Below are positions 34,761 to 48,100 of a DNA stretch of 64,000 bases, piece after piece; the stretch's first letter is position 1, and each line of letters opens with the position of its first letter. This DNA comes from Raillietiella orientalis (taxonomy: Eukaryota). The DNA lies in the NCBI GenBank assembly GCA_036172245.1, contig JAYWIR010000021.1:3100001-3164000 (forward strand), written 5' to 3'. The translations under genes and the position numbers were made by a program. A model generated the notes under the pieces. That model searched no databases. It saw only the letters and a list, made by a program, of their open reading frames with translations, and had not been told where the DNA came from.

Positions 34761-37700
34761 TCTCGGAGAACTCTTAGAATTTAGGAAAAGGCTGGGCATT
34801 CGGGGTCATTTTGTCGTCGATGCATTGAATAAACGGTTATGTGGCAAGTAGATAAATCGATAAGCATCTCAACAGGCTGAACGAAATGTGGACAAAATTT
34901 AGAAGTGCCGCAGTCGGCAATCTGTTTCTTGGATATATGCACAAACCTTATCCTTCGTTATAACAGTTTCAAGGCCACTTCGTGTGACTAAGATTACTGA
35001 ATCCAAACAAGAGGGGCATAAATGAGAAACGAAATACGGCTCTATGCTATAATGGGGATTAAAGATCTCACATGGAATGCCATAATGGTCTCTAAGAAGA
35101 TGGTTTTTTTTTTTTTTTTTTTTTCCATCAGCGACACCAGGTAAGCTGCTTTCTATTGTAATTTGTGATTTTGTCTGTTAAGCTCGCAGAAAGTCATTCA
35201 AGCCAAAAATCAAAAGGCAAAAGAACACTGGAATCTTCGAAAATAAAGTGAGAATAGTACCATTGCATTTATCTGTTTCTTCAGCATTCAGAACAGAAGA
35301 TTCCTGAAGGGCAGCTTTTAGCATCGATGATGAAGGCAATTGAAATTTTTCGATCAGAATTTGTGTATCGCTTGAAGCTGAAAATCTTCGGCAAGATCCG
35401 CTCGGCAAGATTCAGTACTTTTGAGACGGGAAGAAGAAGAAGAAGAAGAAGAAGAAGAAAAAAGGCACAAGAAATTTATTGCCATTTTGTTATTGATTCC
35501 TACTCCCGTGGAAAAGTTGGCACTCGGGTATTGAATTTCACAAGAGCAGCACTCTTGGTTCGTGGACGAAAATGGGGAGGAGCACAAAAATGCCTCTCGA
35601 GGTGGATCACTTTTCTACAGAATTTACTTTTTGTATTTTGGCATCACTGCGCGCGGAACACCAAAACCCTGATGTGTGCATGTATCTATGGACAAGTCCG
35701 GGAATCACACCCTAGCAACAAGCCTAGCAAAACAGCAGCAACGGGGTCGAGCGGCGCCTTGCACAACAATGACTGCTCGGACCAAGTGGCTATTTTAAGA
35801 AATCATCAACAACTCCTGGCCCTACAGGATTGTTGCGCCATTCGCGATTGGCATTTCGTGCGATCAGATCGAAATGGCAGCCCTTCCCGAATGCGCCGTT
35901 TCCCTTTGGACATCCGACATTTCGAACGTGTTGAACCACCGCGACTGTTATTTAGCCAATAATTTATCAACTGCACGAAGCTTTAGGATGTATTCCGTGT
36001 GCTCGGTAAGTTACTTTTCTGGAACTCGAAGGAGAATCCGCTTGTATGAGAGCGAGCCGTTTTTTTTTTTTTTTTTTTTCTTTCCTATCTGCTTTCTATG
36101 AAAGAAACGAAAGAGACAAAGGTGTGAGAGTTACTTTCCCCGTCCAAAAAAAAAAAAAAACGGGCTTACAGAAACAAAATTATTATTATTGTTTCTTTAC
36201 TTTTCCACCTTTCCTTTCCTGCTTTTCCTCCCTTTCCTTTTTTTTCTCCCCCCTTTCTCTCCCTCTCTCAAAAGAAAAAATAAAAAAGAGGAAAGAAAAA
36301 ACATAAAGCTTCAGCAACACGCACTTGAAGCTTCTTGAAATAAATCGCCTTAGATACGCCTTGAGTGCGATTTTCACCGAATCCTACAGGGGGATTAAAG
36401 TGATACCTGGAGGTGCTCTCGGCAACTTCGAAATTTCCGAACTGAGGTAACCTCAAACTTCGCGCCGCCGTGGCAAACGAATAAACGAAATGGCTTTTTG
36501 AAACAAGGTGATAGCTGGGAAGTGCACTCGCGACTGGCCGCGCTTGCCAACTAATGCGATCATTAGAGGCAGCGCACACCGGTGACCTTGAAGAGGAGAG
36601 CTCGGAGCGAGCAGCCGGGATCGAACCTTTAGACTGATGTCTCGTATCAGCAGAATCGGCCGCGCCACACGTGGCTGTTTATTTACTCGCGGGCGCGAGA
36701 TTGAATGCTGCTGAAGCCGCCCTGTGGATTTCTAATGGTTGCTCGTTCGCCAGAATTCGTTCTGTCGCGCGGGAAGGCTCCCGGGAGAAGGAGGGGGAGG
36801 GCGACCGGGAAAGCGAATCGCCAGGTCGTGTCCACCCACCCTCCCCAGGTGAGAAAAACCTCGGGCGCAGTAAGAGCTCCCGCCTGGGAGAAAAAAATGC
36901 TAAGGAGAACCTGTGCTTGCTGGATCGGGAACCAGAGGGCGCGGAGAGAGATGAGGAGGAGGAGGGGGAGTCTGGCGAAAGGAGAGATGCAGATGCAGAG
37001 ACAGATCTTCTGCCTCCCTCTGGACGGGGTCTTCCCGGGGATAAAGGCAAAGAAAGGAGCAGCGAGACCGTCACGGTGAAGCGTGGGGACCCTCCGGAGA
37101 TCAGCTGGGGTGGCAGCAACGCTCTCGTCTCGGAATTCGGTCCGGAAGCTGCATTTCTCCGGACCTCCATCCTAGGACGGACACCCGTCGCGCGGACAGC
37201 AGAGGCGGGCATCGCCGAGGGAAGTTACTCGAAACGCGTTACTGCTGGAACCTGAACCTTCGTCCCCTTCCTTCGTGGGTCCTGATGGGAAGCTGGCTGC
37301 CTTCCCCCTTGTCTCCTCCTTCCCCTCCCACATCTCGAGCGTCTCCGGGAGCATTCCGCTTCGTCGCGGAGGAAGCTCCAGTGCTTCCGCAGGGCGAGGG
37401 GAGGGAAGGGAGGGGGTGAAGCAGAGCGCGCTCTCCGACAATGGGAGCCAGCGGTCCAGGCGGCTTGTTTGGGCGCCGCGCTTCATTTCCTCGGCACAAC
37501 GGTCGCGCCGGGACGCCGCTCGGGGGAGCGTGACGGAGCTATCCGGCCGGGAAGCTTCCTGTTTACCGGCGGTCCGCCTCCCTCCCCTCCCCTCCTCCCC
37601 TCATTCTCCTCCTGTGGCTCGCCCTCTTCCTGACGAAAGGACCGACCGCGGAGGCGTGATCCACCGTGCCGTCCCTCCGGCGGGATTGAATCCGGGATCA

Positions 37701-40029
37701 CGGGGCGAAGGAGGAGGTGACAAAGAGGGAAACAGGAGGTGCCGGGACCGGCCAGGGTCTGTTGCTTTCCCCTTCCTCCCCCACCGTCCTCCTTTGAGAG
37801 AAAGGTCGACCCTCCGGCATGCTCCGGAAGGAAGACGAGTCTCAGAGAGAAGTTCCGGGAAGGAGGGACAGACCATTCATTCGGGAAAGGAAGGAGGCGA
37901 ACAGCCGACTAGAGCTTCCCGGGGTGTCGGGCAATGCTCCCAATTGCTCACGACCCTTTCCAGGCGAACCCTACCAACGAGAGGAAGGGGGGGGGGAACT
38001 TTAGTTAGGCAGTCAGGATCCCCGGAGGGCAATTGAACCTTTGATGCGCGGAAGAAGACCTCCTGGATCATTTTTACGTGAAGGGCGAGGTTTCCGAGTA
38101 TGCGGACGCGCTCGGGAGAGCAGTGAGGGGGGAGGGGGGAGAAGGGCGCAGTCGACTGACCGCCGCCGTCCCGCAGCGACAGCGGCGCTCTGGCCCAATG
38201 ATTTGCCTCGCCGTGTGACCCCGTTCGCGGACAGAGCCTCGCCCCGAAGCGCTGATTTCCTGCCCCACCCTGTCCCGGGTCCGGAAAGCACTCCGGATCT
38301 CTCGGAAGTGCCCCGGACGGAGACGGGGGGAGTGCCAGCGCTGAGGAAGGACGGCAGACGCTCCCGCTGCGACCCCTTTCCCTGCTCTGTGGGTCGCACA
38401 CCCTTCCAGAAGTCTCCTCGCAGACCGAGTAACCTTTCCTTTCGCAAGGGAAGCGTAGGAAAGGCATCGGGGTAAAGGGTGGCTTGGGGGTTCCCCCGCG
38501 GCGGGAGAGAGGAGGGCGGGACTGAAAGAGGTCGCGGAGCGCGGCCGAGCGAGCGCGTCTCGGGGAAGAAGCGATCTGCCACCTCCTCCGGTTTCCAAGG
38601 CGACGGGGCCGCCGCTTTCCGGTCGGGAGGGCGTGGGTGGTCACGAGTCCCCGCTCCGCGACCGCCGCGCGGATTCCCCCCGGACGGGCGCGGACGTTCG
38701 TCACGCTCCGCTCGTTCCGCGGTCGCGAGTCAAAGGTGAGCGGACGGGAACGGTCCGCGCCGCGGAGTAATTGCCATGGGAACCGCCCTTATTTATGGCC
38801 GTCTCCCGATGGCGGCGCGGCTTCGAGCGCGCGCTCGCGCGCACGCGCTCACGCGCACCTTAGAGGCTGCGGCAGCGCCCGGGCGGGACTGACTCACGAA
38901 GCGGGAGGAGGGGGCGGCTGCTTGCCCCCCTCCCTCTCCATCTCATTCCCTCTTCCCCTCCCTAACTCCTCTGTCACCCCCTTTTCGGCTCCCGGCCAGT
39001 GAGATTGTGAAAGCAGAGAATGGACGAGGGAAGCGAGATGTCTCCGGAAGAAGCCCCCCAGCCATCTGTCTCCCTCATCCCGAACCACTTCCGTGTCCCA
39101 GGAAAGTCCTTCCGGGACTCCCGCTTTTTGCTCCGGGGAGCTCTTCTCCTCCGGGAAGGACGTGTAGACGATGGCGCCCGCGATCTCCGCTGGGAGCGGA
39201 AGAAGAGAAGGAAGAAGTTCCTCGCTCCGGGGGTTCCTCCCGCATCCTTCCGGGAGAAAAGGGACCCAGTCCCGGCAGGAGTCAGCGTTCGCACAGGAAG
39301 ATTTCCTGTAAGGGCACGAGCACGTTCCCTGGACGTCGTCGCTGCCTCTGCTCCGGATGAAGATCTCTGTTGGCCTGCAAAGAAGGGAGGAAGGCAAGAG
39401 GATGGAGGAGTATGGGAGGTTTACCAACCCACTCAGGAGGAGTGGTCTTCGGAATTTACTTTGCCCCTGGGAGAGAGTGGTGCTTGAGCTGGCAAAAGTC
39501 TTGCCCCGCCCCGGACCTTGAGAAGACGCAGAAGAGGAGGCGCTACGGCTCGGAGGTGGCCACTGCTGTCGTGGGATCTTGGGGAAGGAAGGGGAGGTGA
39601 GCGGCTCCTGGTTCCTCGTAGCCCAAGACTGCCGGCGCGGAAGGCCTCCTTAGCATCCGTTGCGAGAGGGGTGGCATGCGTGATGGCTTGACGGGGCTCG
39701 AGCCTTTGAGGAGAAGAAGAAAGGGTGACCCCTCTTTGAGGGACTCCTTGCCGAGGCAGCTACACGGTTCGTGGGCAGCTTCTTGAGTGCACCCTGGGGG
39801 AAAGCGCATGGGCATCGGCGTCGAACAGGCCCTCTATGTTGCCGGGGGCGACGAATGGCCGCTTCCGGCTCGATGGGCGGCGCCTCGGAGATCGAGAGCC
39901 CTCCGGCAGATTCCTTCGAGCTCTTAGCCGCCGCCACGAGTAGCTGTCTCGAGCGGTCTTCCGGAGACGAGCACCTCCTTTCCCCGAGTTCCCATTCTTC
40001 CTCCCATCTCCACTGCTAACAGCAGAAGC

Positions 40030-40570
40030 GACGATCCGAGAGAGGACTCCGGCCGCGCGCTGTAGAAATTCCTCCAGAGGGAGACCTCTGTGGTTTCGAA
40101 ATCTTTCCTGCGTCCTCAAGGGAGGTGACGTCCGAGGAACTTGCCTCTCCTCCTCCTTCCCTCTCCTCCCTGCGCGGGACGGACCTAGTTCGGGATACAG
40201 CAGCTCGTGTACACCCTGATAGGTCCCAGTGCGTCTTTCCGTCTCCAATAAACATGCAGTTTCCACTCTGCTCAGAGTGGAAACTACGAAGAGGCGCAGA
40301 TCAGTGCAGCCCTCTTTAAAAAGGACTTATCACAAGCAGGAGCCGCAGGACTCCTCCTCCCCGCTACGCTGGAGGTACAGCGGAAGAGAAAAGCTCCCCC
40401 TTCATCGCCAGGCAGCCCAGAAGGCATCCTGGACTGCTGCTTCACCTGAAGCTCTCTGATCATCCTCCCCATCTGATACATTCGCGCCTCCTGGATAATG
40501 CGCTCCCAGACTTCATCTTCCCGTTCGGATTTCATCTTGTACTGATCCCAGAAAGGGATAGAGCTCTTTG
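40030..40570 (-). mobile_element. Possible LTR-retrotransposon gag remnant
   Basis: PFWDQYKMKSEREDEVWERIIQEARMYQMGR and LYPEL...KFLG...LEEFLQRA resemble the helical Ty3/Gypsy gag pattern; no pol nearby. Confidence 0.25.
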
Positions 40571-41479
40571 GCAGCATCGTGTTCGAACCGGGGGTCCAGC
40601 AGCCGAAGGGTATCAGCGGAAGTAGAGGAACGGAATATGGAAGACACGCTGGCAAAGGAAAGCGGCTGCCTAGGTTGAGTGGTACATAGCGACCGTAGCC
40701 AAACGCTAGAGCCCACAGACCTCGGACCGACGGATCAGGTGAATCCTGCGCAAGTAGCCCGCCATCATGCACAGGGATATCTTCTATTCCACGAAGGTTT
40801 CCGATCCGCGAGTGGACGTCGGAGGAAGCAACCCAGGACCTCTTCCGTTCAGTCTGCTCTGCCTGGCACTGAGAAGGATGACCTTCTCCCCCTCGGAGAC
40901 CAGAGTCAGGGATGGACGACGAGGCGAAGCACTCAGCGGACTCGCAGAGTTCACAGGGGTCACGCAATAATCGCCCTCACGACAACACGAATGTCTTTTC
41001 TGCCCACGTCCCCAGCTCTAGAACGCCCTGAAGTGAGCTCGCCGCGACGACAAGTTAATGGCGTGGGGACCGGGTACCTCGGCACAGAAGAGGCACCGCC
41101 AGCACGGAAATCCGGAGGTGCGAGCGTGCAAAATCCATGTCAGAGAGTTTCCAGGACACTTTGTTTCCCGATCTCCTTTTGATCCTTCTCATCTCCTGTG
41201 CGGCCAGCTCCGAGAGCCACTCAGATCACGCTCCGAGAATCGTGAAACCGTTGGGTTCTCCACCGAAAACGCACGAGGTCAGCTCTACGATTGCTGGATC
41301 CCTCTCACCTCTCCCTCCGATTCTCCATCTTTTTTCCCTAATACGCTGTTTATTCCCGAGCTTCCCAGGGAGGATCTGCGTTTCCAAAGTGAGTCCTGCT
41401 GCTTTAGTGAGCTCCGTGGTTAACACCCAGCCGATGGAGGAGGAGAAAACGAGGATTCCTCCGTACAGCAGAAAGGAAC

Positions 41480-42110
41480 TATATGTCCATGCAGAATCAG
41501 GGAGTCGATATCTGGATCTTCCTTCGGGAAGAGATAGCACTCTGCTGGCACATCCGGAAAAATGCGAAACCGGAAGTGGGAAGCATCTCCTCTTGCACAC
41601 AAAAGCTGCCCCTTTTTGTCTGACGTGCTCCTCCCTTCTCACTCTCTCCCTTCCCAGAGTACTCGCTCCATCAGAACTTTCCCGAAAGAACCAATCCTCG
41701 GGAAAAACTCACGTAACATCCTCCTGTGAACTCCTCCGGGCTCCATGTTGCATCCCTCAGAAGCCACTCGAAGAAAAGCGTAGGAGGAGGGTGGTGGGAC
41801 CGCTCCAAGCCCGGTTCTTCAAGGAAATCGTGATCTGAAGAGTTTTTGGCCGAGAAGAAAACTAGCATAAAGAGAGCACCAGGAGTTTTCTCTCCTCCAG
41901 ACACTTTTTCTTCTGAGTCTATGAAGCTTTTCAGGTTCATCCTTTGCGGAAAATCTCCTGTAAAAAGATCGGGAATATCTTTTATGTTCCTTGGAAGTTT
42001 CCCATCGGAGAACCCGGGATCCTTGTTTCCCAATTGGACCTCGGTCGAGGATCCGCCGAGTTCAATGGAAGGACACTCACGGATCACCCGCAAGGTCGGA
42101 GCACACCAGA
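41480..42110 (-). mobile_element. Harbinger-superfamily (DDE_Tnp_4) transposase fossil
   Basis: LRVIRECPSIE (~RVIIDCTEI), FSDGKLPRNIK (~YSNYKHHNTxK), TPGAL..SSDHDFLEEPGL (~TPxG..SDxxITExSG), in order in ORF 41671..42186. Confidence 0.5.
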
Positions 42111-45100
42111 AAGGAACCGCCACATCCCTCCATGAATGAAACGTTCTTGGCCTCTTATAGCAGCACGCCACGGCTGGACCATGCAAAAGCGGCTAGCTGC
42201 TTCCTCAATAGGGAACGAAAGGTGTTTTTCGGAGGTCGCACCCTCTTTCCCGGAAACGAGGGTAGTATGGGCAGTTTTCTCTCTCTCGCGCGCGAGAACC
42301 AGTGTTCCGCCTGAAGGGAAAAGGAAAGAAGAGGATAACGCATGAAAAAAGGGGGAAAAAAAAGAGGATGCATCCTACGATTTCGAACTAACCCAAGGAA
42401 CGTGGAGGTACAATTTGAGCCATCCGTCGGGAGGAAACGCGGAAGATTCAGTGTCTCTTCGCCCCACCTCTCGTTAGGCAGCCAATGGCGCATCCCTCCT
42501 CCCTTCAGTCAGCCCCAGAATATCGCAAGGGGGTGGTGCTTACTCGAACCCGTTAAGTGGTTGCCATGCCTCCCGAACCCTTTCGAAGGATCAGGTCGCG
42601 CGCGCGATCAACACGAGGTAACAGCCGAACTTCAAGGGAAATCGCAACAACAACCGAAGTGCACGGACAATCAAAGAGCAACAATCGACACTCATGAACA
42701 ACTTAAGTGCAGAAGCAATTAGAAGTCCTGGACAATGGAAGCTCCTAGCTGATCTCGTCCAAGAGCTTGCGAAGCCACCCCCGCCTTTTGTTTCCCAGAA
42801 GCCCACGGGTCCTCATATCAAAGGAGGCAGCTCTCCTATACATCTCCTGCCCTGGGCCACATCACAGAACTGTCCTCCCGCAAATACGCGCTCGGCCGGA
42901 ATTAACTTGCAGCCCAACCATCCATCTCCTCGACAATTATTTCATTATCTTCAGACTTTTGGCAGCAGCGACCGCATTGCGAATCAGCTCCCATTTCTGG
43001 GAAAAAAAGGAAGTGCGAAATTACCTGTTGCGGGCGAATGCGACTAATTTCGGCCAGAGGAAACATTTATCTTCCGTTCCTATTTTTTTTTTTTTTTTTT
43101 CTTTCTTCTTTCCCTCCCCCTTTCCCTCCTCCTGCAGGCTCTAGTTCGCAAACGTGAACCTGGTGAACCGAGGACCGCTTGACCCTTACTCCGAGGCCGC
43201 CATTGAGGCCCACCGGCGGACCGCATCCGAGGACGACGAGGCCGCAGACGACGAGGCGAAGCGCGCGCGCGCTCCCCTCGCGCGTAACAAGAGCGGACTG
43301 GACGAAAAATGGCGAGCAGTCGCCCACCGGTGAGCCACCGCTGGCCCCGCTGGACAGCGAAACCAAAGCGTTTCACAGGGTGGTCGCGCGAACGTGACGT
43401 GGAGGAAGGGAGTTCTTGGGGCTTTCCTGACGCCATCGGCGCCTCGCTCACTTGTCAGACTGCCCTACGGCGTCATCTTCCACTCTTCCCCTCCCTTATA
43501 GCCCCCCTCCCCCGGATAAGGAGCACCTCTGGCGGAACGGGAATTACAACGGCGGAGATTAGGAATGCGGTTCAAAATCACGAAAGGGCAGCTGGGAAGA
43601 GGGGGCGGGGAGTGACAGGAAGGAGGATTTGCTTGCAGCTTGGAAGAAAACCGGGGAGCAGCGAAGGAAGGATGCAGCTGAAGAACGGCCCGCTCTCGGT
43701 TCCGGAACGCCTGCGAACCTACGAGAGAGGTCGAAATGGGAAGAGACTTATTTTCCTGATTCCCATGGAACTCTTTCAGGCGTCTGAACGGAGAGTTCCC
43801 TCCTTTCCTGGGAACGCGAGAGCACCCACGCATGCCACCGGGTCTCCCGAAATGATTCCTCGGAGCAGCCGAGGACCAAAGGGATGCGTCCGTCTTCCCA
43901 TGAGGGAAATGCCATTTCCATTTCGAAGAGTGTCTCCCATGAGAAGCTTTCTGATACCCTTTAGGAGGTCGCTGTTTTGGAGGGAGGCCCCCTTTCCCTT
44001 CGAATCGAGGACGGTGGTTCGGCTGCTGCGGCACGCACCGTCGGAGCTGCTCTCTTTCTCGCGAGATCCACAGAGGACCTTCCTTCGGCCACCTCCCCGT
44101 GGCTCTTGCTGACAGACGGTCTAGAAGCCTGGAAGCGGTTCCTGCGGTCCAGCTGGGCTGGGTTCTTCCGGCGGTCTGGGGACTCCGCTAGCGGAAGGAA
44201 GCGGGAAGGCAGGAAAAGAGCATCTTCCTCTTCCTCATTCGTTCTTTATCCCCCATTCCTTCCTCCAGAGCACCCTTCCAGTGGCCGTGATGGGAAGGAG
44301 CGTGCAGCGGTGGCGCCTCCCGGTGGAAAGATGAAAAGGAGGAAGGGGAAGGCTCGCCCCCGGCTCGGAGTCAGGCGAGTCCGCCTCCCCGTTGCACGGA
44401 GGCGTCAGACATTCCTCGCCCCAGACCGACCCTCGCGGAAGCACGGGAAGCTTCTCCGCCCCTCCTCAGGGTAGGTGCAGCAACCGCTTTCCGCGTGTCT
44501 CCTCCCCCTCTTTTTCCGGAAAGGACGTTTCTTTTCGTTTCCTGCAGTATCATCAGCAGCTGCAAAAGCACACGGGCTGCCAAGGCGAGTGGTGGCACCC
44601 GATGCGACTACGGCGACGGAGAGGAGGACCATGGCGACGATCCTCTCCCTTCTTGCTCTTCTCTGCTCTCTCTCTCCTCCATGAAAGTCGTCCCAGGGGC
44701 GCCGGATCTGGACTCCCAAAGGCCCTTTGGGTTGAGACTCAGCGGAGGACCTCCTGTCCATCCACTCCCGGTCTCCACCCTCTTCTAGAATGGAACGAAA
44801 AAACAGAAATGGCACCGGGGGGGGGGGGGCGTGTGTAGTCCTTGGAGCCGCCTTCCTCTGGTTCTTTCCCTTCCCTATCCTTGGGAGGGATGCTCTACCT
44901 CTCCCCAGTTTCTTCTCCGTTTGCTTTGCTCGAAGGCATCGCAGGGAAAGGCGGGGGAGGGAAAGGGACCTGGGTAAATCTTTCAAGGGTCGCCTGCTGC
45001 TCTAGGAGGCATCCCAGGAGACGCGTGTCCCTATGCCCTTCAGGAGGGGTAGAGGGTACGGAAACTAGGGCCGCCAACTCCCAGTTCTGCCCAAGCTTCT

Positions 45101-48100
45101 TGCTCTCTAGGGGCCCTCCAGCTTCCGGTATTGTTCCGGAGGCAGAGCTCCGCAGAATTGCCCTTGGAGTGGTAAAAGTTTCGTGCTGGGACTTCAGGGG
45201 ATCCCTGCTTTCTCCTTCCTTTCCGTACGAAGGAGCGCAAAGGTGGGAACAGTAGGGGCTGCTTTGGAAACCCCTGCTGTGTCTCTCCGCCGGCGGCGGC
45301 CCTCAGCATCAGATGCGCTCACGGGACGGGGAGTGTGGCGTTCGAGGAAAAGGCGAGTCGAAAATTCTCCCTTGCCCCCTTTCCCGACTCACCGCCTTCC
45401 CTCCCCCCCGAAACTGTCGGGCGAAGCTGCTGACACAAGGAAGCAGCCGGAGAGCGAAGCCGGACGCTGCGTGCGCACGAGCATGCGGGAGGGAGGCAGA
45501 CAAGGAGGGCGAAAACATCCGACCATGAGCTCGCGATTCGCAAGGAACAAAGTAGCGCCTGCGGCTCAGGGGGCCTGCGGATGAAGGAACGGTGCGCTGC
45601 ATGGCACAGGGCGGGAGGCAGCGAGGAGACTAGAGAGCCACTGTCCTTCCGAGGACGAAGCAGTGGACAGTTACCGAGGCACGGCAGCACGAAGAACAGA
45701 TGAGGAGGATTAGGAGGAAAGGAGGAGGCAAAAGAAAAGGGAGGAAGGAAGGGAGAGAGATGAGAAAAGGAGGAAGAGGGGAAGGAGGCAGAAGAGGGAG
45801 AAACGAAAGGAGGCTCCCTTCCGCATCGTTCCTTTTGAACCATTCTGGTGAACGCTGTGGTCTTTGCGGTGGCTCGAGATTGATGATCGGCGTCCCCTTA
45901 GGCGGCGTTATCTTCTCGCGATCTGAGCGAGAAGTGGGGATCACCAGATGTTGGCAGGGTAGCGCTGACGTCCCATGAATCTTCATCCCGGAATTCCTCT
46001 CCTAATCATCCGTGCGTTTTATTTGTTTGTTTGTGTTTACGCGCGCGCGCGCTTTCGAGCGCTGGCGCTAATGGCCACGGGGGAAATTTATCTTCTCCGG
46101 TCGGATGACGCGTCCTTCCCAGGGAGAAAAGGAGGAAGAGAGGAAGGAAAGCTTCGGGGCATTGAGAAGGGAGGATAGGGGGAGGGGAGGGGTGGAAGGG
46201 GAAAGGATGGGAGGAGCGAACAGACGAGCGTCTTCCGTGCTCGACTTCTTTCGCGGCACTTCCTGCGGCTCCACGCCTCCGCCGTCTGTGCTGGCGCGGT
46301 CCTGGGCGGGTTGCTTCCGGAAAGGAGAGAAAAGGTGACAACGCGGCCAGGAATCGGTCGGCCAGCCCGAGGCTCCGATTCGAAGGAGGAGAGGCAGCGG
46401 CGCTCCCTCGCGCCCGCAGGAGAAGAGCAACGGGAGCTGTCCGTTCCACCCCCTTGGGATTAGGGGAGCGTGTGCGGTCGGCCGCAATCGCTCCGCGCGC
46501 GTCCCCTTCTCCTGCGTGTCGGGCGGCGAATGCCTTCATCTTCGAGCCACGGAAATTTGAGGGAGCAGGGAAGGGGAGAAGGACGGGGGCAGGGCGCTGG
46601 TTTCGAAGCCAAGCGCAGCAGCGCGTCCAGGATTTCCTCTGGAGGTCCGCTTCCTTGCTCGAACCCCAGTGGACCTGCCTCCGAGGACGGGCGCAGGCGG
46701 GAGAAACTTCGTCTTCGGCCTCTTCCTGGGCATCCGCGTCCAGGTTCTCCCCGGAGGCATCCAGGACGACTCTGCCGGCGCTTCCCGGAAGATTCCATTT
46801 CTCCCCCCCCCCTCCCGGCAGCGAGCGTCCCTCTTCAAACTCTGTCGCCGCTCGCAGGTCCGCGACTCTTCCGATGCGAACGCGGTTGAGGACTCTGGGA
46901 CCTGCGCTCCTTCCAAGAGCCGGTGGTTGGCACTCTTGCCGCCACCGCCATTCCATGCGGAACTCCTGCGCGAGGAGGCGTCAGGGACAGGAGTCTGCCG
47001 TTGCATCCCCGGGGACAAAGCGCATGCGTCCTTGCGCAGGTCGAGGAAACTGTGAAGTGAGGATCCTTCTCCTTAGAGGCGGAGTACCGGGAAGTGAGTC
47101 GTGGAACATCCTCCCCGATCGAAACGAGACCCCAGGGCCTCCCTCCCTAGGGCGTGCTCACTCGCTCGCTCGCTCGTCCTGGAGGAAGGATTGCCGGATG
47201 CTGTGCCGTGCGCGGCGCTGCAATCCACACCCTCATCCGGTCCCTCTTCCCTCTTTCCTCCCTCCCCCCCCACCCTCTGCAGCCACGTGCTCTGCCCGGC
47301 GACTGGACCTCTCCGAGCGGGATTCGGACACCCTCTTTCTCTGTGCGCACACCTCCGCAGCGGCAAGAGGTCCTCCCGTTCCCTTCCGCCCTCGGGGCAA
47401 CGGCGGCCCATCGCAAAATCTCCCCTCCTTCCTTGCACCCCCCTCCCATCCCCTTCGTCGACGTAGTAGGGGCTTCTCGGCCGCTGCGCTCCCCTTCTGG
47501 GGAGCAGCGCGTCCGCAACACCCCCCTCGGGGCGTGGAGGAATGGGGAAATGAACGCCAGGAAAGAGAGGCAGTGCCCGAGGCAGAGCGACAGGTCACGC
47601 GCAGACGACCCGGTCCAGGAGTTCCTTCCCGGCATCCCCAAGGACGCGCGAGGTTCCCAAAGAGAATCCTCGAGCGAGCGTCTCTCGAAGAACCGGGAAC
47701 GCGGATCATTCTCCGCCTCATTCTTCGCCGTCCCCGGAGCCAACCGAGAACGCAGATCTCCCCTGCCGTCTCTCTATCGCATCCCGCGGAAGGGAGCCAT
47801 CGCCTATTGATTTTTTATGCCCCTCGCAAGCCCCTCGCACACTTCTTAAAGAGCGCATCCCTTGCAAATCCTTCGGATTTGCATCCGAAGAGACAATCGA
47901 TTTTACAATGATGGCTTTTCACGGATTTGCCCGAAGAGAGTCCTCCCGCAGTGCATCCTCCGCGTTGGACCCAGCACGCGCTCATCCCAATCAGTACGCG
48001 CAACTCGAAAGCCGCCCGTATCGGGATGTCGCGTGGAAACGCTCCGGGCACGTCCAACAAATCTCGACGGCTCCTGCACGCGGCTTAAAACCACCGAGCT

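Noticed and set aside
38858..38896. Distal minus-strand promoter (TCAGTC at 38892-38887 in a CpG-rich patch)
   Set aside because: No DPE at +28 and no TATA; an Inr alone is too common, and it overlaps a TGACTCA AP-1 site.
46454..47911. 485-aa ORF, and similar long ORFs at 3187-4467, 7365-8690 and 12678-14078
   Set aside because: Arg/Pro/Gly/Ser-rich, overlapping in several frames, mostly non-ATG starts and no motifs; expected from stop-codon scarcity at high GC.
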